A stretch of 63,794 bases of DNA, the filler included, from Lenisia limosa (lineage: Eukaryota > Protista > Breviatea), in the NCBI GenBank assembly GCA_001655205.1. It is 16 parts of 16 records of this genome, joined end to end, with 100 filler letters (N's around TTAATTAATTAA, not from the genome) between each part and the next. Parts side by side here need not be neighbours in the genome. Positions count along the whole stretch, not along the records: positions 60,328 to 62,459 come from LPNZ01000067.1; positions 62,560 to 63,794 come from LPNZ01005583.1; 14 more parts are not named here. One strand, given 5' to 3'. The notes below the pieces were generated by a model. The model searched no databases. It saw only the letters and a program-made list of their open reading frames with translations, and was not told where the DNA came from. Below are positions 62,336 to 63,794 of this stretch, piece by piece; the first letter of the stretch is position 1, and the number at the start of each line of letters is the position of its first letter. Made by a program: the position numbers and the translations under genes.

Positions 62336-63051
62336 GATATTAGATCTTAGATCAAAACACCCTCCCCCCACACACACAGAGTCTCGAGAAATTCTCAATA
62401 AATTAAATAGACTCGAAATATCGCTGTATATCATATCATATGACATAATCTCTCTACCCNNNNNNNNNNNNNNNNNNNNNNNNNNNNNNNNNNNNNNNNN
62501 NNNTTAATTAATTAANNNNNNNNNNNNNNNNNNNNNNNNNNNNNNNNNNNNNNNNNNNNCTCAGCCCCGAAAGCTTGGACCCCTTGGAAGTCAGGTCTGA
62601 GGGGGTGATATAAGGAGATATGATAAGTTATGGTATTAATGCGATATGATATGATGTGGGCAATTAGGTGAAGCCCTTTTTTTTTTCAGTCCCAAATAAT
62701 CCTAGTAGCTTAATTGACGAGCACGGCACAGCTTTGAGGTATGTTGGACCATGAGGTTGTATTGATCTGAACACTTGGGGGATTTTGTGTGTTGAAAACA
62801 AGAAAATACATTCAAATACATGTAAATCTTGAAAATGCAAATAAATATCATTGTGATATAAGGTAATAAGGTAATAAGGTGAGGGTAAGGTAGGCAGCAC
62901 ATACTTTCCCTTGTCACTGTTTGTTTTGTTGTTTTCAACAGCCGTGTGTTTCTTGCCAACAGGGAGTAGATCTTGGGCTTTTGGTTTCATAAAAGTTCCC
63001 TTGTTGCTTTTGCGTTGGGTTTTTTGATAAATGTTCCCTTTTCAGATATGC

Positions 63052-63176
63052 TGGAGTGATGGGATACAGAGCTACAGACTGGCATGGGCTTTGTTTGTTT
63101 TGTTGTTGTCAGCCAACAGAGTGGATTTTGGGCTTTGTTATTTGATAACTTTTCTTTTATCACCCCCCCTCCCAAG
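63052..63176 (+). repeat. Family B module
   Basis: Ends at acceptor cccaag (63176); a second degraded copy lies at ~62905-63000. Confidence 0.85.
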
Positions 63177-63252
63177 GGAGCCGACACTTCACGTCAAGAT
63201 TGTGATGGACAAAGAGGAATTTGACCGTTGTATTGATCCCGAAATGCCCAAG
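63177..63252 (+). CDS. Internal exon of an unknown protein
   Basis: cccaag|G GAG CCG...CCC AAG|gtttgg gives EPTLHVKIVMDKEEFDRCIDPEMPK. Confidence 0.5.
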
Positions 63253-63794
63253 GTTTGGTCCCTGTGGGTATACATATCGATATAGCTAATGAACTTAATG
63301 ATCTCATTAATATGCCAGATGGATTAATATGCCAGATGGATTAGTATCAGTGATCCAAATAGATATGTATAGTATATGTTGTATTGATATACATTCTTCG
63401 GAATCCCTCCTGTAAAATATCGATATCTATCGAGGACGTATCGAAACATTCTTTTGGACATCAAATGTAGAAATGAGATATTCAACAATTATTTTTTCTG
63501 GCCGAAGCCGTCTATTTTTTGAGATATTGGATAATATCTACTCTTATTCACCCAATCATTTACCGTACAACTTTGTGCATTTTAGAGTGTTTTTTATTTG
63601 TCATGAGGGTTTTCCAAGGGTCCAAAAAGACCTTGATAATATCAATATTTAACTGGCCCTTTTCGGAATAGAATATAAGGAAGCCCTATTAATCATAGCA
63701 TGCATTTGTCTTTGACCTAGACTTACCCTGATTTGGGGTTGTTTCCTAAATCTCGCTTTCCCCATAAATTATCCTTTTTTTTTTTTTTTTTTTT

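Overview
Eukaryotic (probably flagellated, mitochondriate protist) draft genome. It consists of 16 short scaffolds joined by 15 artificial 100-bp linkers (44N-TTAATTAATTAA-44N), so neighbours across linkers are not real synteny. Variable-length N runs inside scaffolds mostly abut poly-G/poly-C tracts. Recognisable spliced genes (hand-translated exons): GT31 glycosyltransferase, phosphatidate cytidylyltransferase (CDS), BTAF1/MOT1 C-terminus, IFT172, WDR44-like C-terminus, a START-domain protein, a SEL1-repeat protein, an AFG3/FtsH m-AAA protease, plus several unknowns. One scaffold carries a degenerate, intron-containing Kolobok/Mutator-like transposase facing a KolX-like ORF. The most striking signal is intron architecture. 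Introns range from 24-30 nt to several hundred nt, and the long ones are built from recurrent modules. (A) A ~100-bp palindromic MITE, often just after the 5' splice site. (B) A ~130-nt module, always sense-oriented where the host can be read, that usually ends at and supplies the 3' splice site. (C) A sense-biased ~150-nt module with a cUUCGg hairpin. Many introns also start with GTGGG/G-runs and end with complementary C-runs, and splice junctions are often locally duplicated. All calls are by eye, without database searches.
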